A DNA stretch of 64,000 bases, taken from assembly GCA_002269645.1 (NCBI GenBank), contig NIVC01001104.1, positions 186,001 through 250,000 on the forward strand, in the 5' to 3' direction. Of this stretch, positions 1-12,219 are shown piece after piece. Both the position numbers and the translations under genes were made by a program. The first letter of the stretch is position 1. Each line of letters starts with the position of its first letter. The DNA comes from Macrostomum lignano. Lineage: Eukaryota. The notes beneath the pieces were generated by a model. That model did not search any database and had not been told where the DNA came from. It worked only from the letters and a program-made list of their open reading frames with translations.

Positions 1-5
1 TCGCA

Positions 6-1036
6 GTCCCGATCCCCAATTCAGAAATCAAATCCCCAATCCAGAACTCCCCCCATTTCAGAAATCCCGGCCCCCAATTCAGAAATCCCGATCCCAAATC
101 CAGAAATCCCATCCCCAATTCAGAAATCCCGATACTCAATTAAAAAATCCCTATCCCTAATTAAGAAATCCCGATCCCTAATTAAGAAATCCCGATCCCA
201 AATCTAGATATCCCTATCCCAAATCCAGAAATCCCGATCCCAAATCCAGAAATCTTAATCCCCAATCCAGAAATCCTAAGTTCACGATCCCTAATCCAGA
301 AAACCGGATCCCCAATTAAGAAATCCCGACCCCCAATTCAGAATTCCCGATCCCAAATCCAGATATCCCTATCCCAAATCCAGAAATCCCGATCCCAAAT
401 CCAGAAATCCCGATCCTAAATCCAGAAATCTTAATCCCCAATCCAGAAATCCCTATCCCAAATCCAGAAATCCCAATCCCCTAATCCAGAAAACCGGTTC
501 CCCAATTAATAAATCTCATCCCCAATTCAGAAATCCCGATCCCCAATTAAGAAATCCCGATCCCAAATCCAGATATCTCTATCCCAAATCCAGAAATCCC
601 TATCCCAAATCCAGAAATCTTAATCCCCAATCCAGAAATCCCGATCCCAAATCCATAAATCCCAATCCCCTAATCCAGAAAACCGGATCCCCAATTAAGA
701 AATCCCGATCCCCAATCTAGAAATCCCGATCCCCAATCCAGAAATCCCTATCCCAAATCCAGATATCTCTATCCCAAATCCAGAAATCCCTATCCCAAAT
801 CCAGAAATCTTAATCCCCAATCCAGAAATCCCGATCCCAAATCCATAAATCCCAATCCCCTAATCCAGAAAACCGGATCCCCAATTAAGAAATCCCGATC
901 CCCAATCTAGAAATCCCGATCCCCAATCCAGAAATCCCTATCCCAAATCCATAAATCCCGATCCCAAATCCATAAATCCCGATCCCAAATCCAGAAATCC
1001 CATCCCCAATCGAGAAATCCCTATCCCCAATCCAGA
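6..1036. repeat. Degenerate 21-22 bp minisatellite (CCCAAATCCAGAAATCCCGAT), inside an intron of the SLC12A8-like gene
   Basis: Directly visible tandem units. A ~190-bp higher-order block is duplicated at about 561-750 and 751-940. Confidence 0.95.
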
Positions 1037-1118
1037 ATAGCATGAAATATCTGATCTGAGTTCACGAAGCATGGGACTGCATTATTGGAAATGTAAAACA
1101 CACAGCTAGATGTCGCAC

Positions 1119-4100
1119 CTCAGCCTCGGGCTCTGCGGCTCGGAGTCCCTTCGGCCCCTGCGGCGGCCCAGATCGAATCGCCTGACGCGGTCGGCCTCGA
1201 GGTCGCGAGTCATAGCCAGCGCGAAATAGGCATAAGAGACGGTCGCGTAGGTAATCAAAAACGGCATAGTTACTATGGGGCCGAGAAAGTTGACATTGCC
1301 AACGGCCGTGAACAGTAGCGAGACGGATGTGACAGTGAGCAGAGCGTATAGGGGCACCTGGGGAGGTTTGAAACGCGAGTTGATAGGATTCATGGGCTTT
1401 TGAAACCTACAATTCCCCTTAATTCCTTTCATCCCCACGAGCTAATCGCAGCTAATGAGTCAAGAACTATCCTAAGTCCTTTAATCCCAGATTACTTAAT
1501 CCAACTCCAATGCTAACTTTCTTAATCCTCAATCATATCTGCCAAAATCACTAATCTGAACACGAGAGCATAATATATAATCCCGAATCCCAATATCCCC
1601 TATGTTTACTCCCATAATCTCAAATCCAAATTCTCTTCTCTAATCCCAACCCCCGTAATCCCTAATCCAAATTATCTTCTGTGAGTCCCAACTCCCGTAA
1701 TCACTAATCCAGATTCTCTTCTCTAATCCCAACTCCCATAATCCTGAATCCAAAGTCCTATAATCCCTAATCGTAACTTTCATCCATAATCCCAATACCC
1801 ATAGCCTCAAAATCCCAACTACCGTTATCCCTAATCCCAATAATCATAATCCCAACTCCCATAATCCCTAATCCCAATACCCATAATCCCAACTCCCATA
1901 ATCCCAACTCCCATAATCCCTAATCCCAATACCCATAATCGCAACTCCCATAATCCCAACTCCCATAATCCCTAATCCCAATACCCATAATCGCAACTCC
2001 CATAATCCCTAATCCCATTACCCACACACCCAAATCCAAAATTTAATAATCCATAACTACCATTAATACCCCTCGATATCTATGTATCACTACAGTCACT
2101 AATAATAATTATTTAATAAAAAGGTATCTCTCTAAGTTAATCTCCAGAACCCCAAATCCCGAGCACAACCGGTATCCCAAGCAAGATTCGCGCACCTGCA
2201 CAGAGAACTTGAGCTCAGCCAGCACTCTCAGTCCGGGCAGTTGAGTATTATGCGCCACAGCCGACAGCACCCTAGCCGCTGCAGTCAATCCGCCCAGCGC
2301 GGCACTCATGGAACTGACATAGAGTCCGCACAGAAACAGCGGCCCCAACAGCGACACTTTCTGGCCAATCAGCGGGTCCGACTGCAGCGCCCATCGTTCG
2401 CAGGTGGCGCCAAGCACCAGCACGAAGGTGACGTACAGCAGCCAGCTGGAGGTGACCGCTAGCAGGCTGCCAACCGGCACAGAGCGCTGCGGATTAGCCA
2501 AATCTCCAGCCATATCCACCCCGGCCAGTACTCCAGTGATAGTAGGCAAGAACACGCCCAACACTGTGAAGAAGCTCTCACCGCTGGAATAGTCAGGCCG
2601 GCTGTTGTTGAACAGCGCCTCTCTAGAATAGCCGGTCACTCCGCTAGCAGCAGTTGCTGTCGTTGCCAACGCCCCGGCGTTGCCATGAACAATGGAACCA
2701 ATTAGAAAATCCAGCACAGCAATGAACAGCAGAGCTAGCAGTGCCAGCTGCAGTCTGATCACCCATTTCACACCGGCCCCGCACACGGCTAACAGGCTGA
2801 GTGTGACGCATGCCGCCACGCCCCTGGCTGGCCAGTCGCTGCCGCCGCTGTCGTCGCGCCAGCCGGTCAGCTCGGCCACCGACTCGCCCAGACCGGCGGC
2901 GTACAGCGACACTCCGATGGACTGGCCGAGCCAATAGGCGCTGCCAATGGACGCGGCCAGCCGGTCGCCAAGCGCCCTACGCAGCAGGGGGTAGACTCCG
3001 CCTCCGCCGGGCTCGTCTAGATCTCCGGCGCCGCCGCAACGATCCATGGCGCCAATAGCGCCGAGTACGGTGAGCAGAGCCACCGAGGAGGTGAGCGACG
3101 CGATTAACAGCGCGAGGGGAACGCCGGCCTCGCCGACCACCCAGCCTGCGCGAAGGAATACCTGAGAGGCGAAAAATTTTCCCTTTGTAACAGTGCCTCA
3201 GGTGTCAATTTAGTGCCGTTAAAACTTGGATTGATTTAGGGATCAATGAACTTGGGATAATTTAGGGATCAATAAATTTGGGATAATTTAGGGATCAATA
3301 AATTTGGGATAATTTAGGGATCAATGAACTTGGGATAATTTAGGGATCAATAAATTTGGGATAATTTAGGAATCAATGAAATTGGGATAATTTAGGAATC
3401 AATGAAATTGGGATAATTTAGGGATCAATAAATTTGGGATAATTTAGGAATCAATGAAATTGGGATGATTTAGGTATCAATGAACTTGGGATAATTTAGG
3501 GATCAATAAATTTGGGATAATTTAGGAATCAATGAAATTGGGATAATTTAGGAATCAATGAAATTGGGATAATTTAGGGATCAATAAATTTGGGATAATT
3601 TAGGAATCAATGAAATTGGGATGATTTAGGGATCAATGAACTTGGGATAATTTTGGGATCAATAAATTTGGGATAATTTAGGAATCAATGAAATTTGGAT
3701 AATTAAGGGATCAATAAATTTGGGATAATTTAGGAATCAATGAAATTGGGATAATTTAGGAATCAATGAAATTGGGATAATTTAGGGATCAATAAATTTG
3801 GGATAATTTAGGAATCAATGAAATTGGGATGATTTAGGGATCAATGAACTTGGGATAATTTAGGGATCAATAAATTTGGGATAATTTAGGAATCAATGAA
3901 ATTGGGATAATTTAGGGATCAATAAATTTGGGATAATTTAGGGATCAATGAAATTGGGATAATTTTGGGATCAATAAATTTGGGATAATTTAGGAATCAA
4001 TGAAATTGGGATGATTTAGGGATCAATGAACTTGGGATAATTTAGGGATCAATAAATTTGGGATGATTTAGGGATCAATGAACTTGGGATAATTTAGGGA

Positions 4101-4772
4101 TCAATAAATTTGGGATAATTTAGGAATCAATGAAATTGGGATAATTTTGGGATCAATAAATTTGGGATAATTTAGGAATCAATGAAATTGGGATAATTTA
4201 GGGATCAATAAATTTGGGATAATTTAGGAATCAATGAAATTGGGATGATTTAGGGATCAGTGAAATCGGGATCAATTATGGGATCAATGAACTTGGGATC
4301 AATTTAGGGATTAATGAAATTGGAATTAATTTGGGGATTAATGAAATTGGGATTAATTTGGATATCAATGAAATTGGGATAAAATTTAGGGGTCAATTTG
4401 TGGGATTTAGTTTTGGGATCAAATAGGACTACATTAAGTGGCTGACTAAATTTAATATTTATACTGGTTTGAAGACAGCCCCAAAGCCCAACAGCATACC
4501 ACAGTGCCAAATATGTTCATCATGCAGCTCGTGAAGACGCCATCCCACGGACCAAATTTGACTCTTTCTGTAATGAGAAAATTTGCTTTCCACCACGGCC
4601 CCAGCTGGTCCTGACTGTCGTTGCCGACCTCTTTGAACAGTTCATTGTCGCGAACTGGGTCCTGGTGGCCTGCAGGCTGATTGTCACCATCGTAGCGATA
4701 GAAGCCGTGAGTTGATGCGCCGCCATTACTACTGACTGTCGAATCTGCCAGTAGGCTGGTTCGCTCGCTCAT
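1119..4772 (-). CDS. SLC12A8: Cation-chloride cotransporter family member, SLC12A8 (CCC9)-like; 3' part lies beyond the window edge
   Basis: Exons 4772-4500 (donor GTG|GTATGC), 3161-2196 (tctcag|GTA, CAG|GTGCGC) and 1357-1119 (ccccag|GTG, AG|GTGCGA). The first two introns are phase 0. The joined protein reads [33 protein letters not shown]...GGVY...FFTVLGVFLPTITGVLAGVDMAGDLANPQRSVPVG...LGPIVTMPFLITYATVSYAYFALAM, matching my recollection of the SLC12A8 signature ([26 protein letters not shown]). Confidence 0.88.
1575..2045. repeat. Intronic C-rich minisatellite (CCCATAATCCC-TAATCCCAATA/AACT), grading from degenerate to homogeneous
   Basis: Tandem units fill SLC12A8 intron 2 (1358-2195). Many units contain CCCTAA (TTAGGG on the minus strand). 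Confidence 0.9.
3232..4400. repeat. 26-bp minisatellite ATCAATGAACTTGGGATAATTTAGGG, about 40 copies
   Basis: Period 26 (GATC at 3241 and 3267). Fills SLC12A8 intron 1 and degenerates after about 4260. Confidence 0.95.
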
Positions 4773-4814
4773 TTGAAACTAGCTGTCAGCTCTGAGGCCA
4801 AGTCAATGTCTGAA

Positions 4815-4940
4815 ATTCCCAATTGAGGCTTTGGTTAGCTGATTGAGCGATTCTCTATTGAGTCATTGGTCAGCTGATTGAGCAATTCCCCATTGAGTCA
4901 TTGGTCAGCTGATTGAGCAATTCCCCATTAAGTCACTGGC
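4815..4940. repeat. 35-bp tandem repeat (GTCATTGGTCAGCTGATTGAGCAATTCCCCATTGA), about 3.5 copies
   Basis: Visible units just upstream of the SLC12A8 start codon. The core is shared with the array at 15750-16618. Confidence 0.85.
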
Positions 4941-6189
4941 TATCTAATCAGGGTTTTGGAAGATAAAATTTGAAAAAGTTAGTAGGTCTATAGACTGTTT
5001 TGTTTTCATAAACATTAGTAAATAAATATTTGAATTTGAATTCTATCTAAAAAATTTACTATATACCAGTAAGTATATTAAACAAGTTGAGATAAGACAT
5101 TTAATAATAAAAAGGCTTTGAAATGCTCTGCTAAAAGATAGTACCTACCTAGATCTTCTTAGAAAATATGAGATAAAATTGTAATTTAGGTTTTGTTCAA
5201 GAACTTTAAAAAATATCCACCTATTAAATTTTATTGCCACTTTAGTGTGTAGCATCAATGAGAAAGTTAGCAATAGCCTTTTGATATTCTTGTATTTTAA
5301 ATAAAAAAATCAAAACCAAATAAATTGAATGTGCTTTTTATATATACCAGTATGACTTCTAGTTCTAAAAGGAATAATTTTTTATAATAAGAATTGCAAA
5401 ATGTTTGACTCAATGTTAAAAAATAGTTAAATAGTTACCATTTTTAAGTTTTAGATCCAATATACTAAAAAAGGTTTGTTGGTTGGTATCTATCTTTTTG
5501 TCTAAGAAACATTTGATGTTAAAGCTTAGCAAATTATTTGAATAATTGTCCGTTAAAGGAAGACTTCAACTAATGAAATAGTTCAAAATCTAGTTAGCGC
5601 TAGTTTTCGAAGTCGTTTCGGATTCTAGGAAATGCACGCAAATTTAGCAAATAATTAAATATGTGCCAAAACCGTTTCGTGTGTTTGATTTTTCATTAAA
5701 ACGACAGTTTGCAGACTAGCTTCAGTTATAATATAAAAATGAAAAATCACAATATATTTATTTAATATTTAGTATATTTAATTATATATGTTTCATACAG
5801 GATGTCTTTTTTCATACTGCGTGGCTTCTCTTCTAGCTGAATGGAATAAATTATCAAGTTACGAACTTGAAGCAATCAACGCATTAGAAACTTAAGTAGA
5901 GCCCTTGAAAAAAAACTGTATAGTTAATGCTTCGACCTTGAACCCTGCATATTATAATAAAGTAGCTTATTATATACACTTACAGCATGAATGAGTCTAC
6001 TGGTAAAATGAATTTAATAGATATTTAATGTTTTGCTTCAATTTGTGCATTATCCGATGTTCATAACATCTTAATTATATAGATTAATAAACCGTGAAGT
6101 CAACAACTAAAAACTTAGGTTAAAACGCTAAAGCGTTTAACTTAAGTCGCCCTTGAAACAGGCAACAAAGCTTAACTAATTCAAACAAG

Positions 6190-6295
6190 TCCACGCCGGT
6201 GTCCGATCACGGCGAAGCTGACGTGCCGCGAAAATGCCGGCGTACTGGGGGTTCCATGGAAACTGCTAGAGATGGCGGCGTTTGACGGAGCTGAA
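6190..6295. promoter_or_regulatory. CpG-rich patch in AT-rich DNA with an RFX X-box-like site; candidate promoter
   Basis: GGTTCCATGGAAAC at 6250-6263 is a 13/14 match to the palindromic X-box GTTTCCATGGAAAC. An ATGGCGGC (YY1-like) motif follows. It lies about 1.5 kb upstream of the SLC12A8 ATG. Function is inferred only. Confidence 0.3.
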
Positions 6296-8084
6296 AAATT
6301 TAATTTTCAAGATTTTTTACTATGATTAGTACATGCATTTTAAGATAGATTGTTATAATATCCCTTCTTTGGTATTCTCTCGAGCAGTGTGATTTTCTAG
6401 GTAATTTCCATTTTCCTGTACACGCGTATATAGCCCAACAACCCCCATATTTGATATTTTTGCCCAACTTCCAGCTTCCCAATTTTCCTTATCCACTGCA
6501 CACACTCACACTACCTTAAAAATTTTACTCTACATTTGTTAATAATTGGTGCAGTTATTATTGTTGATTTCATATGAAGCAGTTATAATTGTTATATTAT
6601 TATTTCATATGAAGCAGTTATTATTGCACTTTATCCAATATCTGAATTCTTGCACGAGTGCTGTTGTACTAAATTAAGTCAACTCACTTTGAATACTGCT
6701 TTAGACGTTTGAATGCCATAAATCTTTTTTTTCTTTGCTGCAGTTATCACCAGATGAGAGAGAGGGCCGGGAGAGAGAGACGGAGCAGGTGGCTCGAAAG
6801 AAATGAGCAGGTGAAAAAAATGAGAAATATGCATACTTATATTATGCCGTGTATATGCTATCAAATGGCTAAATATGACTAACTAAAAGTGCAATATGGA
6901 TTCCCCCAATTAGATGACCTTTGAATACTTGCCCCGGTTAGCGATGAAAATGTGACGAATTGAGAACCCTTGCAGTATACCGCGTGTATAGGTTAAAAAA
7001 GAGAAGAAAGACCTGCAGTCAAAGGATTTTAAGGTTTTCTCCGTCTGACATTCTGCCATCACCCGAACGGGCTCAAAAGCAGCGGATGAAAAACGACATC
7101 CTCTTCCAGAAGCAGACAGCCTGCGGAAAATGGCTTCAAAGCTCTTATTTCTGTCAAGGATTTCTCCTCCCGTAGGTGCATATAGACCCCCTCTCCGTCT
7201 TTCTCAACTTGGTCCTACAAAATTAGCACCTTACGAGCGACCTACGGGCCCACCTGTTGGGGAGGCAAGAAAGAAATAAATAAAAACTGTTGTATAAACT
7301 ACATGTAGCTCTTGACCTTGTACAGCCGCTATTGTTAGTTTCCTAACGAAAATGATGTTTAAAGCAAAAAAGCACCTATCCTGAAAGCCAGCTATATCTA
7401 GCCTAAGATATCAGCATCCCCAGTGAGCTTTGGCGTCAAAGCAACCCTTTAAACCATGGCTCAACCCTAGCTCTCCCTTTAATGCTTGGCCTACCAACAA
7501 CTCCCAGTTGACCCTTGGTATCTCCATCAGCAACCCCATAAGCCAAAGCATTTCAGCGATTCCTCCATGAGTATTGACATCTCAGCAACTCACCCGTGAG
7601 CCAGAGAGCTAAGGAAGACAAACATGAAAATATGAAGGAGAAAGTGGGCAAAAAAAATTATTTCAAGGCTGTGAATTTTGTACCAACTATGTTCTGCGCA
7701 TTCGCTGGGATTTTCTTGATATTTTTCTTCCCGTTTGATCAGGCAGAACCAGTGTAAACAGGAAATAAACAGAAAGAGCAAACTACGGGTTGCGTCTTGT
7801 AGGTGTGCCAAGATTGTAGCCGTGTTGGCACCTCTAGGGGAGATATTCTGCAGTGAAAATGAGTGCATTGGGTGGGGAATGAGAAAAATAAGGGGCTAGG
7901 GGCTAGGGGTGAGACTAGGATGATGATTTTTATAATTGGCCCGAGATGAGCAGAGATGCACATACAGATAGATTACGGATCTGAAAGAAAATTCTAAAGA
8001 AAGGTTTGAGCAGGGGTTTCCTAAAGTACGAGTGTATTAATCGGGAAAGGAGCTCCCAAAGTAATGATTAGGAATTGTATAGTG

Positions 8085-8530
8085 ATACGAAAGAGGATTC
8101 CCAAAATAACGATTGGGAAGAGGATTTCCAGAATATTTATCGGTTTGGAGATTCCCAGAATATTGATCGGTTAGGAGATTTCCAGAATATTGATCGGTTA
8201 GAAGATTCCCAGAATATCGATCTGGAAGGGGATTCCCAAAATATTGATCGGTTAAGGAATTCCGCGAATATTGATCGGGAAGGGGATTCCCAGAATATTG
8301 ATCGGGAAGGAGATTCGAATATTGATTGGAAAGGAGATTCCCAGAATATTTATCGGAAACCGAATTCCCTAGAAAATTGATTGCAAACCGAATTCCCAGA
8401 ATATTGACCTGGAAGGGGATACCCAGCAACAAGACGCGAAGAGATTCCAAAATTTAAATGGAGTTTAGAAAGGAGATTCCAAAAATATAGAAAGAAGAGA
8501 TAAAAAACTATCAAGATATTTATCGGGAAA
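8085..8530. repeat. Degenerate ~21-bp minisatellite (GATTCCCAGAATATTGATCGG...)
   Basis: Visible tandem units. They explain the repetitive ORFs 8037..8450 and 8075..8380. Confidence 0.85.
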
Positions 8531-8561
8531 GGGAATCCCAAAATAAGAGTAAGGGAATGAC

Positions 8562-9718
8562 CTCCACTTATCGCTCCTCCTCCTCCTCCGCCTCCGCCAG
8601 ATACGCCGATGCCCTCGAGGCGCTCCTCCCTTCGCGCCCGCTCCCTACGCTGTTCCAGCTGCATCTCATCGTTTTCGTGCAGCCTCTCAATGCCGTCGTT
8701 TTCCATCGCGTACAAAGTAGCCTCCCGCTGCCTGTCCGTCAAGCGCCAGCTGCCGGCCGGAGCACCCGCCGATGTCACCGCAGCGGCGGCCGTCGCCACG
8801 GCCAAAACCGCGTCTCCGAACTCGGGCCCGCCGGCTGGCGAATCGCGCGACGATCTGCGAGTGTTTTTGTTTTGTAATAACCACTATCGAGAACTCCCAA
8901 CCGGGAGACGGGAATCTCCAACCACAGGGAACTGTCAAAGAGGGATTCCCCCGAGGGAACGGTCAAAAAGGGATTCCCCCCAGGGAACTGTCGGAGAGGG
9001 AATTCCCTCGAGGGAACTGTCGGAGGGGATTCCCCCGAGGGAACTGTCGGAGAGGGGATTCCCCCGAGGGAACTGTCGGAGAGGGGATTCCCCCAGGGAA
9101 CTGTCGGAGAGGGGATTCCCCCAGGGAACTGTCGGAGATGGGATTCCCCCCAGAGAACTGTCAGAGATGGGATTCCCCCGAGGGAACTGTCGGAGAGGGG
9201 ATTCCCCCGAGGGAACTGTCGGAGAGGGGATTCCCCCAGGGAACTGTCGGAGATGGGATTCCCCCCAGAGAACTGTCAGAGATGGGATTCCCCCCAGAGA
9301 ACTGTCAGAGATGGGATTCCCCCGAGGGAACTGTCGGAGAGGGGATTCCCCCGAGGGAACTGTCGGAGAGGGGATTCCCCCAGGGAACTGTCGGAGATGG
9401 GATTCCCCCCAGGGAACTGTCGGAGATGGGATTCCCCCCAGAGAACTGTCAGAGATGGGATTCCCCCGAGGGATTAGTGAAGACTCACGAATTGACAACT
9501 CGAGCAGGACTACCCCCGATTTGATCGACAGCTTTGCCGTCCTTATCAATTTGTTTCGGCACCTGCTCTCTGATTTTTGATCCGCCTGTCTGTCGCGAAC
9601 CCTGCTGCGCGTCACGGACTTCGAAGTCCCTGTCAAGAAAGAATTTCACCAACTCGTCGCGTCGGAGCGCCCGCTTAGCCAGTTCGCGTTCCCGCTGCTT
9701 CTGAATGCAGTTTCCCAT
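8562..9718 (-). CDS. Uncharacterised small spliced gene beginning MGNCIQKQR (putative N-myristoylation/palmitoylation)
   Basis: A 5'UTR donor GG|GTAAGC at 10566/10565 and an acceptor cttgcag|ATG at 9719/9718 flank an intron. Exon 9718-9563 (CAG|GTGCCG) is open in only one frame from that acceptor. A GC-rich exon 8883-8562 (WLLQNKNTRRSSRDSP...ATLYAMENDGIERLHENDEMQLEQRRERARREE...) joins in frame if tcgatag| at 8884 is used. A possible last exon at 7847-7834 would add EYLP*. The exon-2 acceptor and terminal exon are uncertain. Confidence 0.45.
8935..9472. repeat. 28-30 bp minisatellite GGGAACTGTCGGAGAGGGGATTCCCCCGA, about 18 copies
   Basis: Tandem units with an internal GGGGATTCCCC palindrome. 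Fills the intron between the two MGNC-gene coding exons. Confidence 0.95.
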
Positions 9719-9749
9719 CTGCAAGCAGAATCCGTGTGGTTAGCTTTGC

Positions 9750-10530
9750 CATTCCCTATCCCAGTGCTTATCCACTCCCTATCCCAGTGCTTATCAACTC
9801 CCTATCCCAGTGCTTATCCACTCCCTATCCCAGTGCTTATCCACTCCCCATCTCAGTGCTTATCTACTCCCTATCCCAGTGCTTATCCACTCCCTATCCC
9901 AGTGCTTATCCACTCCCTATCCCAGTGCTTATCTATTCCGCATCTCAGTGCTTATCTACTCCCTATCCCAGTGCTTATCCACTCCCTATCCCAGTGCTTA
10001 TCCACTCCCTATCCCAGTGCTTATCTATTCCGCATCTCAGTGCTTATCTACTCCCTATCCCAGTGCTTATCTACTCCCTATCTCAGTGCTTATCCACTCC
10101 CTATCCCAGTGCTTATCTATTCCGCATCTCAGTGCTTATCTACTCCCTATCCCAGTGCTTATCCACTCCCTATCCCAGTGCTTATCCACTCCCCATCTCA
10201 GTGCTTATCTACTCCCTATCCCAGTGCTTATCCACTCCCTATCCCAGTGCTTATCCACTCCCTATCCCAGTGCTTATCTATTCCGCATCTCAGTGCTTAT
10301 CTACTCCCTATCCCAGTGCTTATCTACTCCCTATCTCAGTGCTTATCCACTCCCTATCCCAGTGCTTATCTATTCCGCATCTCAGTGCTTATCTACTCCC
10401 TATCCCAGTGCTTATCTACTCCCTATCTCAGTGCTTATCCACTCCCCATCTCAGTGCTTATCCACTCCCTATCCCAGTGCTTATCCACCCCCATCTCAGT
10501 GCTTATCTACTCCCCATCTCAGGGCTTATC
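9750..10530. repeat. 22/23-bp minisatellite CCCTATCCCAGTGCTTATCCACT with interspersed CCGCATCTCAG variants
   Basis: About 34 visible units. Fills the 5'UTR intron 9719-10565. Confidence 0.95.
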
Positions 10531-11280
10531 TACTCATATCTTCTCTCCTGTTCTCCTCTGCTTACCCGAACTTTGCAACCGAAATTCAAGTGTAGCAGGA
10601 GATGTATGCAGGTTAATACACTATACAATATATTCCTGAATGAGAAGTCACTATAGTTACGATCTGCCTTGTCTAGAGCAAGCCTTTTTGAGTTGACGAG
10701 TTGGGGTCACCCGATGACTTCACTGTGCACTTCTCCCTCAGCTTCGCAAGCACGTACCAATGGGAACCCCTCTTTTTGCTTTCCCCAACCAAGCCTATGG
10801 GTTTTTTCTGTCCACACCAGCTTCACTGCATCATTACGTAACATTAGCAGCTACCCCTCTGAACTCCATGGCCGGAGAGGGGAAAATAACTCGCCTTGCT
10901 TGAGTCACCCATCTCACCCAAAGTAGAAAATCAATCAGGTTTACCAGTTTTCCTGCCGTGTATTCTGTGTTCTTGCTTCTCCGAAGAAAATAATTCTTGT
11001 AACTGTTTCTCTGCACGGCATTGGCAGCGGTAACAGTTTATACGAAACCTCTCTTTCTGGCTGTCATTAACTTTGTTTACAATAAAATGACTTTTCAAAT
11101 GGATACACTGGCGTACTTTTAGAATATGCGGCCGTGCAAATGTACATGACTGCGTTGTGCGTGTGTTGAGGCGTGTGTTTTAAAAAATTGAAGTCCTGTG
11201 TACAGTAGTAGAGTGAGTGTTGTAAACTGTAGTTACATGTAATAAATTGAGTCTTCGCAGTAAGAGAAACGTGCACTGTA

Positions 11281-11617
11281 GGGGGGGGGGGGTTGTAGCC
11301 TAGTGGTTAGAGCTTCGGACTCGCAACTTGAAGGTCGGGGGTTCGATTCTCGACCAACTCCTTGAGCAAGACGCTTAACTCTGCATTGCTTCAGTTCACC
11401 CAGCTGTAAAATGGGTGCCAGCATTAGCTGGGGTAATTGAGGCTGTGTGTGGTGACCCCCCCAGTCCTTGGACTGAACAGCCGTACGCAGCCTTCAGATG
11501 CGCCGCGCAATAGCTGCGGCTGAGCTGTCGGTTGCACATCTGTCTGTTGGGCAGGTGTAATCAATTATTACTTTCTTATTAATATTATTATTACTATTAT
11601 TACTATTATTATCATTA
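11281..11617 (+). mobile_element. tRNA-derived SINE with a CORE-like central domain and (ATT)n tail
   Basis: A box TAGCCTAGTGG (11296-11306) and B box GGTTCGATTCT (11340-11350). These are followed by CCTTGAGCAAGACGCTTAACTCTGCATTGCTTCAGTTCACCCAGCTGTAAAATGGG (11360-11415), which resembles the CORE/MIR core CCTTGGGCAAGTCACTTAAC...CTCAGTTTCCTCATCTGTAAAATGGG. The element ends in an ATT/ACT microsatellite tail. Confidence 0.85.
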
Positions 11618-12219
11618 CATGTAAGTAAAAGTATATTGTGTACTGTAAACTGCAGTAGAGGACGATCTAGTTCCGGTTTATTTCAGCTTAATCTGATGGG
11701 TTTTGCAATGTTTTATCGTTGAGAACCAATAAAAAGTTGAAGATCCAATTGCCTTGCCATAATATAATTATTAATATATCCGATGCAAATCAAAACTTGA
11801 CCATGAACTTTTTCTTTTTTATTTTAATGCATTAAAACAATTTTTCTAAAAATAATGATTCCTGTCAATCATTTTGATTCAACAGGAGCTTGGGTTAATG
11901 AGTGAAAATATTGTGATAAAAGCTGGGAAATTTTGCAGACGAATATTTGTGCCTCGGCGACTCAAACTTGCCGTAAATTCTGTTTAAAAGCGTAATCTAT
12001 ACAAGAGAAAAATATTCTGACGAATCGGAAAAAATAGACAAAAGTATCCCACGAGATCGATAATAATGTATTGCAATATCGATATCGATATTGGTAATAA
12101 ATAAATTGTGGTATTCATATTAATTACTGATTTCATATTGCTGCATTCGCTTAAAATCTATTAATTTTTTTACTGAAGCTGATGCAATTTCTATACATAG
12201 TCCAATGAGATCTATGAGA

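Noticed and set aside
2241-3058. Antisense and alternate-frame ORFs over GC-rich exons (also 13347-14473, 37725-38571, 53553-54280, 60107-60514, 27068-28108)
   Set aside because: These are shadow ORFs expected from GC-rich or repetitive codon usage of the real genes.
6141-6155. CTTAAGTCGCCCTTG resembling a CAAGG-family right end
   Set aside because: No matching left end or TSD was found nearby.
8935-9472. GGGGATTCCCC as an array of NF-kB sites
   Set aside because: It is a textbook match, but it is only part of a GGGAT-type minisatellite unit, with no independent evidence of regulatory use.
9734-10656. Long ORFs in several frames (also 8609-9636, 12205-13266, 18755-19835, 34338-34733, 61774-62952, 63152-63974)
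   Set aside because: They are translations of stop-free tandem repeats lying in introns or intergenic DNA, open in multiple frames, with no protein-like content.
11291-11360. Possible functional tRNA gene
   Set aside because: It has A and B boxes but no complete cloverleaf, and it continues directly into a SINE body and tail.
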